Source: a virus | Direction: 5' to 3' (one strand) | IMG/VR virus record: IMGVR_UViG_3300035501_000484 | Span: 64,001 to 128,000 of that record | Length of the DNA: 64,000 bases | In this document: positions 1 through 8,665 of the stretch, in pieces | Layout: each line of letters opens with the position of its first letter | How positions within the stretch are numbered: position 1 is the stretch's first letter | The notes under the pieces: generated by a model | Database searches by the model: none | What the model saw: the letters and a program-made list of their open reading frames with translations, nothing else | What the model was told of the DNA's origin: nothing | Made by a program: the position numbers and the translations under genes

Positions 1-55
1 GTGTTATTGAGAATGGAGCTAGTTTTGCTAGATTTGAATATAAAGGAGAAAAGAA

Positions 56-394
56 ATGATTTATAGGTTATTGGGAACTGTTGGAATAATTTATAAAGAT
101 AGAGAATGGAGCATGAAACTCTTTGAGTCTATTGTAGAGCAGTTGCCGCGAGAGCTTATTAGTTGTGTACATAGAAGTAGTAAAGAATGTGAATGTATTT
201 TAACTACAGGTGATGTAATAAGGACTAAGTTTGCTGGAGATGTTAAAGGATTGAGATTTAATAGAGCTTTTATTGAGGAGTCTGTGACTGGAGAAGATTT
301 ACATGATGTATATAGTTGTATGATAAGTTCTGTTAGTACAGTGCATGATGGAGATAGGGTTGTTATAGATTCTAAGCCTATTGTGGATAAGTAA
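56..394 (+). CDS. hypothetical protein
   Basis: ORF-track ORF with a GGAG RBS about 8 nt upstream (aaggagaaaagaa-ATG). No recognisable motifs. Confidence 0.4.
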   Translation: MIYRLLGTVGIIYKDREWSMKLFESIVEQLPRELISCVHRSSKECECILTTGDVIRTKFAGDVKGLRFNRAFIEESVTGEDLHDVYSCMISSVSTVHDGDRVVIDSKPIVDK

Positions 395-553
395 CATTTT
401 AATTGTTTGTTAACATTTAACAAAATATTTAACACTTTTAGGTTTTTGCTAAAATTGGCGAAGAATGGTAAAAGATACGAAAGTTTGGACAAAATCAGAT
501 AAAATTTTAATCTGGATTTTAAAGTAAAGTATCATTCAATAGAAAGGAAATAA

Positions 554-1318
554 ATGATGACTTTACAAGAAATATGCAAAAAGTATGATGTATCAGAGAG
601 TTCAATGAAAACTGCTTTTCCACGTACTCAGCAATCTATATTAAAGAAACATGGTGTTAAGATAATAAAAGAAGGAAGAGGAGAAAAAGCCTCTTATAGT
701 GAAGAACTTATGGATGATAAAAGAGCTTTAACTATGTATAATGAACAAAAAGCTGAAATAATGACTAGTACAGAATCTTTTCAATTTATGAGTTGGGATT
801 TTTTAGTTTTACTTGCTATTATTACTACTCCAATGTTAGTATTTAGAGGAAGTTATGATGATTTTCTTAAATATGTAGATTTACCAACAACAGAAAATAA
901 TAGAAGAATGTTAAAAGATTCTTTAATTATGTTACAAGAAAGAGATATTATTAGTTATACTATTGATAAAACTAATAATAATTATTTTGTTGCCGCATTA
1001 TATAGACAAGCGGAAGAGCAAATGGGCATTAGTATTAACATGATAAGAACTTGTAAACAGCTTGCGGATAAACATCATAAGAGAAGTTGGATTCCATTAC
1101 TTAAAACTTGGATAGGTGTTGAAATGTTATCTAAGAATCAACCCTATACAGTCGAGAGTTTATGTGCTATGACCGGACTTTCCGCATATCAAATTAGAGA
1201 GAGCAATAAAATATTAAAAGAATCTGCAATTTATAGAACTTCTAAGGCTTATGCTAATTATAATACATGTATTGGGACTAAAGTAGATTTAAATGCAGAA
1301 GCATTTTATAATATATAA
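554..1318 (+). CDS. hypothetical protein with N-terminal HTH-like segment; possible replication-initiator or regulator next to the iteron/ori-like region
   Basis: 254-aa ORF. The N-terminus (LQEICKKYDVSESSMKTAF) resembles an HTH. It is followed directly by the direct-repeat + AT-rich region at 1320-2300. Confidence 0.5.
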   Translation: MMTLQEICKKYDVSESSMKTAFPRTQQSILKKHGVKIIKEGRGEKASYSEELMDDKRALTMYNEQKAEIMTSTESFQFMSWDFLVLLAIITTPMLVFRGSYDDFLKYVDLPTTENNRRMLKDSLIMLQERDIISYTIDKTNNNYFVAALYRQAEEQMGISINMIRTCKQLADKHHKRSWIPLLKTWIGVEMLSKNQPYTVESLCAMTGLSAYQIRESNKILKESAIYRTSKAYANYNTCIGTKVDLNAEAFYNI

Positions 1319-1339
1319 TATATAAAATTATTAAAATGT

Positions 1340-1650
1340 AGCATTTTTGTCTGGATTTAGCTTTTTACTTAACCAATATATAATTTTATATATTGTTCAA
1401 GTATTTTGCTTATTCCAGACAATTTTGTTAAAATTATTATAAACTTTAATCTAATTCTAAGGGATGTTTCATCCACGTAGTGGATGAAATCAGCCCGCAT
1501 AGATATACTTTTAGACAAATAAGCAATTTTTGTCGGGATTTAGCAAAATACTTAATGATATATGTAAAATTGCTTGTTAATTATTTTATTATATAGTTAA
1601 GTATTTTGCTTATTTTCAACAGGTTTTGCTAAAGTTGTTGGGAGAGTCTT
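1340..1650. repeat. iteron-like direct repeats (origin-like region)
   Basis: Two ~110-bp direct repeats at 1341-1450 and 1522-1645 (atttttgtc(t/g)ggatttagc … aagtattttgcttatt…). Shorter relatives at 441-520 and 1925-2030 (tttggc(g/t)ggaattaNtaaa; gagtgggttaga). Confidence 0.5.
1467..1489. repeat. perfect 10-bp inverted repeat with 3-nt spacer
   Basis: TTTCATCCAC-gta-GTGGATGAAA, sitting between the two long direct repeats. Confidence 0.5.
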
Positions 1651-1745
1651 TAGATGCGGGTAGGACTATTTTGAAATTTGATTTTTAATTTTTGATATGA
1701 GGAACGTTTGAAATTTTGATTTTTGATTATAAGGAGAATGATTGT

Positions 1746-1835
1746 ATGATAGATATTATTAATAGAATAATAGTTTTAGGTATTGTTCTTTGCTTATTGA
1801 TATTGATATTAACATTTGGAGAAGTAGAGGAATAA
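1746..1835 (+). CDS. tiny hydrophobic peptide (29 aa)
   Basis: ATG preceded by AAGGAGA. Product MIDIINRIIVLGIVLCLLILILTFGEVEE is largely one TM-like helix. Located inside the ori-like region. Confidence 0.3.
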   Translation: MIDIINRIIVLGIVLCLLILILTFGEVEE

Positions 1836-1928
1836 ATGATATTAGTTATTGCGGTAGGCGTCGGTGTTTGCGCGTGTGGGGCAATAATAAAAATAAATAT
1901 TAGAGAGGAATATTTTTTTGTTAGGTAA
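1836..1928 (+). CDS. tiny hydrophobic peptide (30 aa)
   Basis: ATG preceded by GAGG. Product MILVIAVGVGVCACGAIIKINIREEYFFVR. Lies directly after the previous peptide ORF. Confidence 0.3.
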   Translation: MILVIAVGVGVCACGAIIKINIREEYFFVR

Positions 1929-2049
1929 ATTTATTAAGATTTGGCGGGAATTACTAAATTTTATATATTTGTGAGGATTTGGCTGGAATTAATAAAATAA
2001 TAAAAATAAGTTGGCGGATTTTGTTGATGTTAAGAGTATGAGGGTTAGA

Positions 2050-2230
2050 TAAGAGAAGGTTATGTTTTAGGTTGGAAGAGAGTGGATAAATATAATATAA
2101 TATATAATTATTTGAGTGGGTTAGAGTGAAATATATTGTATAATTAGTATAATATTATAGAGAGGTGTTATATAATAATAATATAATATAATATATAATA
2201 TATTAATTTATATAATTTTAATGGAGTATT
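2050..2230. repeat. extreme AT-rich (TA)n-like tract; candidate DNA-unwinding element
   Basis: About 180 bp almost purely A/T with repeated 'ataatataatatataat' units. It follows the iteron-like repeats. Confidence 0.45.
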
Positions 2231-2379
2231 TATCGTATTTAATTAAGTTTAATAAGCAGTTTTATATAATTTAGCAAATATTTAACAAACATTTAGGCAG
2301 TAGAGGTGCGACCGGTATCAAGGCTCATGCAACCCTGGCCGCGACCATAGACACTCAATATTCGCTTTCCGCATTAAAA

Positions 2380-2403
2380 AAAGAGCCTTAGTGAAGGCTC
2401 TTT
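2380..2403 (-). terminator. rho-independent terminator (bidirectional form)
   Basis: AAAGAGCCTT-agtg-AAGGCTCTTT with an A7 run upstream on plus (a T-run on minus). Confidence 0.6.
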
Positions 2404-2759
2404 AGGAACTCCGCAATTATATCATCTGGATTCTTATCTTTTGTATTTACTTTTGTTACTTTAATTTCGACTGGGGCAATCTCATTCTCTAGTACCTTTA
2501 ATATCTCTACCATACCATCAAATGTTTCATCTGTAAGTGAAAATGGCTCTGATATGCCAAGAGCGACCATATATCCATCAACTGCGTGAATTACATTAGC
2601 TCTAGCTAACTCTATAGTCTCATTCTTTGTTGCCTCTTCTTGCTCTTGTTTTATCTCATCTAAGGCTGTTGCTATATCCTCTTCAATCTGATTAAGGATA
2701 TCATCTGAAGTCAACCCCTGCTTTAATAAGTCTTTTATTGGTAAGTCTTTGAAGTTCAT
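2388..2759 (-). CDS. hypothetical acidic early protein
   Basis: 123-aa ORF. Terminator hairpin 2380-2403 overlaps its stop codon, with an A-run upstream on plus (a T-run on minus). Confidence 0.6.
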   Translation of the reverse strand: MNFKDLPIKDLLKQGLTSDDILNQIEEDIATALDEIKQEQEEATKNETIELARANVIHAVDGYMVALGISEPFSLTDETFDGMVEILKVLENEIAPVEIKVTKVNTKDKNPDDIIAEFLKSLH

Positions 2760-3022
2760 ATATATATCATTTCTCCTTTTAATTATTTTATTTCTTTACT
2801 TTATATAAATATTATAACAAAAATTTTTATATTTTTCAAATGTGAGAGTGAGGCGGAATTTTCTATTATTGAACTTAGTTAGCTCCTAAAAATTGTGCTA
2901 TGAAAACAGTTTTATGAGTATTTGTCAGAAAGTAGCAAATTGCTAAAATTATCGAGGCAAATTTTGGTGCGTAGAAAAAATAGCTTTTTTTAATATTATA
3001 TCAAAAATTTTTGTGAATGTCA

Positions 3023-3116
3023 AATAACTAGCAAAAAGGCGGGCATATCAGGTAATTTCGGGATTTCGGTCGCCGGGCGAAAGGTCAAACAACTAGCGAA
3101 AAAAGGGGCATATGGG
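3023..3116. repeat. pair of ~30-bp direct repeats
   Basis: aaataactagcaaaaaggcgggcatatcagg at 3023-3052 and aaacaactagcgaaaaaaggggcatatgggg at 3087-3116, followed by a 9-bp-stem hairpin at 3134-3158. Confidence 0.45.
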
Positions 3117-3281
3117 GTGTGGGACGCGAACTCGGAGCGTCTCTAAAGAAGACGCTCCTGCAAGTATAACATCTCAACCGCACTTTGTCAATAGGTAAAA
3201 TTAATAAAATTTTTATTGATTTTTGTATATATTTTTCTTGACTTTTCGCTCGCACGTGCGGTTTACATAAGAAAAGAGAGG

Positions 3282-3545
3282 TTAGTCCTCTCTTTCAATA
3301 CTAAAGCAATCAATTTTACTTAAAGTTTGCAAAATTTCTGCAATTTCATCATCACATTTAACAATTATAAATTTTTTATCAACATAATAGTGAATTATTT
3401 TACAATTTTTTAAATTTTTGATTAAATTTAATATATTTTGATTAAAATCTGCCTTAAAAGTATCAAATAAATTAATTTTTATAGTATTTTTCATGTTTAA
3501 CCCTCTTTTCTGCGGTTTTGGCGGTATATAACCGCCTATCCGCAC
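3282..3545 (-). CDS. hypothetical early protein
   Basis: 87-aa ORF. Hairpin 3274-3294 overlaps the stop codon. Start overlaps the upstream gene's stop. Confidence 0.5.
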   Translation of the reverse strand: MRIGGYIPPKPQKRGLNMKNTIKINLFDTFKADFNQNILNLIKNLKNCKIIHYYVDKKFIIVKCDDEIAEILQTLSKIDCFSIERED

Positions 3546-3964
3546 TACTTCTTTTCTTTTGGCTTCCTTGTCTGTATTAAGTCTAATTTAAAATTGTCAT
3601 TTCCAATTGTAAATGTAATTAATTTACCCTTATTAACAATCTCTATATTTTCAGCAAACTTAGGAAGTAAATTAGCGATTTCCGCAATCACCATTTCTTT
3701 AGTAGGATTTTCTTTGTGACATCTTTCCTTTTGTGTTTTCTTTTGTGTAATATCTTTAGCTTGATGAATAGTAGCTGTAATTTTACTATCTTTAGCTTTC
3801 TTATCAAGTTCAATTTGTTCATCATTATCTAAATAACCTTCGTCCTCTAGCCACATTTCTATAGCCTCATCTTTTGTAAGCTCAAGATTTTTCATTGACT
3901 TTTCAATCTCTTTATCGGGGATTTTAATTGTTTTACCATTGAAATTGTAGTTCATATTAAGCAC
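3545..3964 (-). CDS. hypothetical early protein (paralog of 5543..5899)
   Basis: 139 aa. C-terminal half aligns by eye with 5543..5899 (…EIVNKGKLITFTIGNDNFKLDL versus …IKIINPQHEIQIKIGNNDYSITL). Its own promoter lies at about 4020-4060. Confidence 0.55.
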   Translation of the reverse strand: MLNMNYNFNGKTIKIPDKEIEKSMKNLELTKDEAIEMWLEDEGYLDNDEQIELDKKAKDSKITATIHQAKDITQKKTQKERCHKENPTKEMVIAEIANLLPKFAENIEIVNKGKLITFTIGNDNFKLDLIQTRKPKEKK

Positions 3965-4162
3965 CTCTCTTTTCTTTTCTTATATAAATATTATAACATA
4001 AAAATTTTTAAAAATCAATAGAAAATTTTAATTTTGTCAAATTTTTTTAATAGCTTTATTCATCCTTCCTTTTGTCTATATATATAGTATACATCATTTC
4101 AGGATTTTAAGCAATAGGCAAAATAAACAATAATGCAGTTAAAAATTTGTTGAATATACCTA

Positions 4163-4250
4163 TTGACAGGTCTAGGCTCGCCCGCGGAGAGAAGCGTATG
4201 CGGGCGAGCCTGCGAGCAATTAAAAAAGCCACTTATTTAAGTGGCTTTTA
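4163..4250 (+). ncRNA. hairpin-element family, copy A (subtype 2)
   Basis: TTGACAGG at 4163-4170 directly abuts a 12-bp GC-rich stem (4174-4185 and 4200-4211). Loop GGAGAGAAGCGTAT. Bidirectional terminator at 4227-4250. Conserved upstream segment at about 4100-4160 (…aaaatttgttgaatat…). Confidence 0.55.
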
Positions 4251-4271
4251 TCTGTGGGGCTTTTTCTCACT

Positions 4272-4670
4272 CTATGCAAGTGAGAAAAATGCCTTTTTCT
4301 TATCCTCAGTTCTTACAACCTCTCCAGTCTTAACCAACTTTGCAACCAAAGCTGATAATTTCTGATTTGTCATTGTTTTAGTTTCATCACCCTCTACATA
4401 AGCCTGTAGTCTGGTATCTACCATAAGCTCTGAAATTGTAACAGCTTTATTTAAATCTGCGAGAACCTCTTTAATAGTTACATAAATCTTCTCATTGGCA
4501 ACCTGTGTTTTAGTATTGCCACTCTTATTAGACTTTTTCTGCAAAAGCTCTAACTCATGGTTGATGAAGGCGAGAATGTCAGCCTTGTTAGCTGTATCAG
4601 AAGCCTCTACAATTTTTGCTACCATGTTAAAATAATCTTTCTTAGTTACCTTTACTGTTGAGTTTGTCAT
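4272..4670 (-). CDS. hypothetical early protein, family A (paralog of 8666..9076)
   Basis: 132 aa. Clearly homologous to the 8666..9076 product (same length, many identical blocks: ANKADILAFI…LLQKKSNKSGNTKTQ…KTMTNQKLSAL…VVRTEDKKKAFFSLA). Tandem strong promoters at 4728-4756 and 4869-4912. Terminator at 4227-4250. Confidence 0.7.
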   Translation of the reverse strand: MTNSTVKVTKKDYFNMVAKIVEASDTANKADILAFINHELELLQKKSNKSGNTKTQVANEKIYVTIKEVLADLNKAVTISELMVDTRLQAYVEGDETKTMTNQKLSALVAKLVKTGEVVRTEDKKKAFFSLA

Positions 4671-4727
4671 AATTCATTACCTCTTTCTTTCTTAAAATTT
4701 AATTAATTGGTTTCCTTTGATATATTT

Positions 4728-4756
4728 ATTATATCATTTCTTTATTCAGTTGTCAA
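4728..4756 (-). promoter_or_regulatory. early promoter (example of about 30 near-identical minus-strand promoters)
   Basis: Minus strand: TTGACA (rc of 4751-4756), 17 nt, TATAAT (rc of 4728-4733), followed by AAATATAT. The plus-strand signature 'atatatttattata…(a/t)ttgtcaag' recurs upstream of almost every minus-strand early gene between 2.7 and 16.1 kb. Often in tandem, for example 4869-4912, 9125-9166 and 9213-9253. Confidence 0.65.
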
Positions 4757-5063
4757 GTGTTTTTTTTAAATTTTTTCTTGAGATTTTAAACTCTTGAAAT
4801 TGTCTGTTAGTGTTATCTGTTGCTAGCAAACTTGTTTTCACTAAAACTATTAAGACGCTTTTCTTTATTTCTTATATATTTATTATATCATAATGAAATT
4901 TATTTGTCAAGCATTTTTTTTAAAAATTTTAATTTTTTTAGTGCTTGCTTTTTTCTTTTCTTCATTTGATATATTTATTATATCAAAAATTTTTATTAAT
5001 TACAATAGTTAAAATGACTAAATTTTAGGATAAAAATTTGTTAAATTTTAATGTAATTTTTCC

Positions 5064-5185
5064 TTGACAAAATGCCCAGCGTATGATATAATGGAAGTTC
5101 GGCGTGCCCACGAAGAGAAGCGCCCGTGGGCACGCCTGCCAGTTTCCGCAATAAAAAAGAAGTCTTTTCAGACCTCTTTATTTTT
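5064..5185 (+). ncRNA. hairpin-element family, copy B (subtype 1, own sigma70-like promoter)
   Basis: TTGACA at 5064-5069, 17-nt spacer, TATAAT at 5087-5092. Eight nt later a 12-bp stem GGCGTGCCCACG (5101-5112) pairs with CGTGGGCACGCC (5125-5136). Loop AAGAGAAGCGCC. Terminator at 5157-5185. Confidence 0.6.
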
Positions 5186-5186
5186 T

Positions 5187-5450
5187 CTATTGTTCATAAA
5201 ATGCGTTACCTTCTAAATCTGTAATTGCCATTAAATCACCTGAACCTTTAATAATAGTCAGATTTTCGTGTTCTTTAAAAGACATTTTTTCTTTAAGGTT
5301 TTCGATATATTCATCAATATCCTTTTCTCTTCCCTCTTTATCCTCATAAATAATAGAAGTTCCATATTGATTTGTATATTCGTTACTTTCAAACATGGTC
5401 TCATCAATATCTACTAATACATCAAAACTTACAGTTGCAATTGCTTTCAT
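5187..5450 (-). CDS. hypothetical early protein
   Basis: 87 aa. Followed on the minus strand by terminator hairpin 5157-5185. Confidence 0.55.
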   Translation of the reverse strand: MKAIATVSFDVLVDIDETMFESNEYTNQYGTSIIYEDKEGREKDIDEYIENLKEKMSFKEHENLTIIKGSGDLMAITDLEGNAFYEQ

Positions 5451-5542
5451 TTTAAAATCCTCTCTTTCTTTTTTAAAAGTTTATTTGTTTCATTTGATAT
5501 ATTTATTATAACACTTTATCTTTTGTATGTCAATAGTTTTTA

Positions 5543-5899
5543 TTATTTTTTTCTATGTTTTGTAAGAGTAATTGAATAATCATTATTACCAATTTTAATT
5601 TGAATTTCATGTTGCGGATTAATAATTTTAATTTCATCAGCTATTAGCATTTCAGCAATTACTTTAATAATTTCTACTTTTTCAGTATCAACTTTTAATG
5701 TGCGGTTTGCAGGTTTTTTGCTCTTAATATCTCCCTCATATCGCCTACCATTTGATTTATTTTTTAATTCCATTTCCGCAGCTTCTTCTTTTGTTACTGG
5801 TTCACCATCAGCTTCACATTCTTCCATAATTTGTTTGATTAATTTCTCTTTATCCATTGTTTTAACCTCTCTTTCCTTTTGATATATTAAGTATATCAT
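5543..5899 (-). CDS. hypothetical early protein (paralog of 3545..3964)
   Basis: 118 aa. See the paralog note for 3545..3964. Confidence 0.55.
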   Translation of the reverse strand: MIYLIYQKEREVKTMDKEKLIKQIMEECEADGEPVTKEEAAEMELKNKSNGRRYEGDIKSKKPANRTLKVDTEKVEIIKVIAEMLIADEIKIINPQHEIQIKIGNNDYSITLTKHRKK

Positions 5900-5951
5900 A
5901 CTTTCATTTTAATGTCAATAGGAAATTTGCGACGTGCAAAAAAGACAAGTG

Positions 5952-6671
5952 TTATTTAAACACCTGTCTCAATTCTAATTCTTTTCTTTTCTTTTGTGGC
6001 AACCGCCAACAAGCTGTATTAATAGATTTATCCATTTTCTTATGAGTGGCAAAACATTTTGCCATAATTTCAACTTCAATTTCTACATCTTCTAAACCTG
6101 TATGACTTTCTACAAAATCAGTATAATTTGTAAGATATTTATAACAACATTCTGCCGAAGTTTGAATGTTATTTTTTTCACTAACTAATCCATTCTGTAA
6201 AGCAAATTTTATATATGTAGTTCTATTTAGCACAGTTTGGCAAGCCATGTTCCAAATACAAAAGTATTCAGTCCCAAAAGGAAAAAACCACCTAATTAAT
6301 GATTTACTATGATAGCGAATTGCATTGTTTAAAGCTCTTTTATCAAAGCCCATGTTATAAGCACCAACTTTTTTAATTTTCCATGCTTTCATGTCAGTAT
6401 GTACTTGTTTTCTGATATTAAAAATAGATTTAATTGTTCTGTCACCATTTTTAATATCTTCCCAATATTGAGGAATTTTTTCAGCGAAATATGCACTTTT
6501 CATCATTTCTTGATTATCCAAAAAAGTTTCCGCAACTACATAACTTCTTCTTAAAACAATGTTACCTTTTCTATCTGTGATTGCATATCCAACATCATAA
6601 GGTAGTGGCTGTTCAATTGTGTTCGCTGTTTCTGTGTCAATTACTAAAAAGTATTCTTTTCTTCTTCCCAT
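5952..6671 (-). CDS. DEDDh-type 3'-5' exonuclease (DnaQ-like fold)
   Basis: FLVIDTETAN is an Exo I DxE motif. YNMGFDKRAL is an Exo II motif. HTGLEDVEIE is an Exo III H-x4-D motif. Promoter TTGATT-17-TATAAT lies at 6705-6733 (minus). Confidence 0.75.
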   Translation of the reverse strand: MGRRKEYFLVIDTETANTIEQPLPYDVGYAITDRKGNIVLRRSYVVAETFLDNQEMMKSAYFAEKIPQYWEDIKNGDRTIKSIFNIRKQVHTDMKAWKIKKVGAYNMGFDKRALNNAIRYHSKSLIRWFFPFGTEYFCIWNMACQTVLNRTTYIKFALQNGLVSEKNNIQTSAECCYKYLTNYTDFVESHTGLEDVEIEVEIMAKCFATHKKMDKSINTACWRLPQKKRKELELRQVFK

Positions 6672-6704
6672 GTTTGTTTACCTCTCTTTTTATTTGATAT
6701 ATTT

Positions 6705-6733
6705 ATTATACATCTTTATGGGAAAATAATCAA
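6705..6733 (-). promoter_or_regulatory. early promoter of the exonuclease gene
   Basis: Minus strand: TTGATT (rc of 6728-6733), 17 nt, TATAAT (rc of 6705-6710). Confidence 0.55.
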
Positions 6734-6781
6734 TATACAAAATACACAAAAATGCGGAAGAAAATTTGTTGAATATGTATA

Positions 6782-6872
6782 TTGACAGGAACTGGCAGGC
6801 TGACGTAGAGTAGCGTACGTCAGCCTGCCACCCAATTTAGCAAAAAGAAAGAGAGGTCTGAAAAGACCTCTC
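6782..6872 (+). ncRNA. hairpin-element family, copy C (subtype 2)
   Basis: TTGACAGG at 6782-6789. 15-bp stem 6793-6807 / 6816-6830 (TGGCAGGCTGACGTA…TACGTCAGCCTGCCA). Loop GAGTAGCG. Terminator at 6851-6872. Confidence 0.55.
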
Positions 6873-6876
6873 AAAT

Positions 6877-7080
6877 TTATGCTTCGTAAAATACTAAATC
6901 TCCATTATATACAGATGAAATACTTGTTTTTGTAATTTCGCCATGCGTATTTTTTAAATATTCTTCTAGAAGATTACATTCATCATCAGAAATATTATCT
7001 CTTACCTCGATAAAAGGTTGAATAATATCAACTGGGATATCAATAATTTCATCTGTAAATTTTGTTACTTTTAATTTCAT
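6877..7080 (-). CDS. hypothetical early protein
   Basis: 67-aa ORF. Terminator 6851-6872 lies directly downstream on minus. Confidence 0.5.
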   Translation of the reverse strand: MKLKVTKFTDEIIDIPVDIIQPFIEVRDNISDDECNLLEEYLKNTHGEITKTSISSVYNGDLVFYEA

Positions 7081-7084
7081 ATTT

Positions 7085-7321
7085 TTACACCTCTCTTATA
7101 TTATCAATTGTTAATTCTGCTGATACTTTTGTAACAAACTTTTCTGTAGGAATAAAAAAAGTGTTCCCTATTTCTAAATCAACTGTATTTTGATATTCAT
7201 TATCAACTTTTGTATCATTAATTTTCATACAAATAAATGGTCTTGTACCCCATAAGAATACATCTCCAACACTTAAATCATCAAATTTTGTTTGACCTGT
7301 ATATTTATTATTAATTTTCAT
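7085..7321 (-). CDS. hypothetical early protein
   Basis: 78-aa ORF from the track, packed against the neighbouring genes. Confidence 0.5.
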   Translation of the reverse strand: MKINNKYTGQTKFDDLSVGDVFLWGTRPFICMKINDTKVDNEYQNTVDLEIGNTFFIPTEKFVTKVSAELTIDNIREV

Positions 7322-7324
7322 AAT

Positions 7325-7483
7325 TTAATTTCTCCTCTTATCTGAAATTGGATTTAATAAATATTCATCTTTTAATTTAGTATATTTAGGTTGCGGACTT
7401 ATACCTAAAACCTTTCCTAGTCCAACTGCCTCTTGATATGAAATTACCTCTTTATTTCCTACTACATAAGTTAATTTTGTCAT
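7325..7483 (-). CDS. small hypothetical protein (52 aa, not in ORF track)
   Basis: ATG at 7483 is preceded by AGAGAGGAA. Translation MTKLTYVVGNKEVISYQEAVGLGKVLGISPQPKYTKLKDEYLLNPISDKRRN. Promoter-like repeat at 7505-7550. Confidence 0.4.
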   Translation of the reverse strand: MTKLTYVVGNKEVISYQEAVGLGKVLGISPQPKYTKLKDEYLLNPISDKRRN

Positions 7484-7559
7484 TTTAAAATTCCTCTCTT
7501 TCTTTTTATTTTATATATTTATTATAACATTTTATCTTTTGTATGTCAAGTATTTTTAT

Positions 7560-7820
7560 CTATTCTTCGTATAATACACACCCATTATATTTATCATTGC
7601 TTTCATTGCTTAGAATGTAAACCTCATTTAAACACATTGCTGTACTATCTAAGCCATATTTTTTTGAAATTTCATTAATAATATAATTATATAAATTATT
7701 TTCATCTATTCTATCAGTAACATAATCATTTGTATCACATGCCTTTAAATAAGGCTCAATAGTTGTTTTATCAGCTATATCTAATTTTATCGAAGCTCTT
7801 AATTCTACTTGTACTTTCAT
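7560..7820 (-). CDS. hypothetical early protein
   Basis: 86-aa ORF. Minus-strand promoter repeat (atatatttattata…gtcaag) lies upstream at 7835-7885. Confidence 0.5.
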   Translation of the reverse strand: MKVQVELRASIKLDIADKTTIEPYLKACDTNDYVTDRIDENNLYNYIINEISKKYGLDSTAMCLNEVYILSNESNDKYNGCVLYEE

Positions 7821-7907
7821 ATTTATACCTCTCTTTCATTTGATATATTTATTATACTACTTTATCTTTTGTATGTCAAGTATTTTTTTAAATTTTTTCT
7901 TTATTAT

Positions 7908-8177
7908 CTAATCTCTTTTGTAGTTCCTCAACTTCTTTATTTGTTTTTCCCATAAGTTCCAATTTTTATAAGCGTAATTCATAATCTCTACAGCGTGTTG
8001 TACAAACATTTGTTTACTAGCAATTTCACATAACCATTGGAATACTTGATAAATTTCAATTACATAAGGACTTTTTTCAAAGTCTGAAAAATGATATACA
8101 GTGTCGGGGTGCTTAGTGCTACCACCCCAACATTCACATACTAAATCATTTTCATTATTTTTAAAAATCCTAACCAT
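7908..8177 (-). CDS. hypothetical early protein
   Basis: 89-aa ORF. Upstream promoter repeat at 8205-8250. Confidence 0.5.
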   Translation of the reverse strand: MVRIFKNNENDLVCECWGGSTKHPDTVYHFSDFEKSPYVIEIYQVFQWLCEIASKQMFVQHAVEIMNYAYKNWNLWEKQIKKLRNYKRD

Positions 8178-8219
8178 TTTTTGTTACCTCTCTTTTCTTT
8201 TTTATTTATCTTATATATA

Positions 8220-8408
8220 TTAATTATAATAAAATTCTTTTAATTTGTCAAGTGTTTTTTCATTTTCTTTTTTTAATTGATACATTCTATTTCCTAAACA
8301 AAACAGGCAACCGCCATGACAGCGACAACTTTTATCAATTTGCTCGCAGTATTTATAATAAGGTTTTCTGTGTTCCCTCCCATATTTGATAGCTTTATCC
8401 ATGCTCAT
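8220..8408 (-). CDS. small Cys-rich protein (possible zinc-binding)
   Basis: 62 aa containing CEQIDKSCRCHGGCLFC. Confidence 0.45.
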   Translation of the reverse strand: MSMDKAIKYGREHRKPYYKYCEQIDKSCRCHGGCLFCLGNRMYQLKKENEKTLDKLKEFYYN

Positions 8409-8516
8409 TTTTATTTACCTCTCTTCCTTTTCTTCATATAGTATACACCTAATACGGGATTTTTACAATAGGCAAATAGACAAATTTTCTGCGGAAAATT
8501 TATGCAACATTACTAC

Positions 8517-8600
8517 TTGACAGGACTTGGGTCGCTCACATAGAGGAGCGTATGTGAGCGACCCATGCAAGAAAAGCCTTGGGAATTTTCCAAGGCTTTT
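8517..8600 (+). ncRNA. hairpin-element family, copy D (subtype 2)
   Basis: TTGACAGG at 8517-8524. 15-bp stem 8528-8542 / 8551-8565 (TGGGTCGCTCACATA…TATGTGAGCGACCCA). Loop GAGGAGCG. Terminator at 8574-8600. Confidence 0.55.
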
Positions 8601-8665
8601 AATTTATTCATTTATTAAATTTTTATTAAATTTGCAAGGCGGATTTGCTCCGCCTTGCTTTTCTC

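Noticed and set aside
91-492. 133-aa minus-strand ORF overlapping 56..394
   Set aside because: Antisense to an ORF with a proper RBS. Low-complexity L/S-rich translation typical of an AT-rich shadow frame.
4147-4365. Plus-strand ORF (72 aa) across hairpin element A and terminators
   Set aside because: It covers the GC hairpin, two terminator hairpins and the 3' end of an opposite-strand gene. No RBS.
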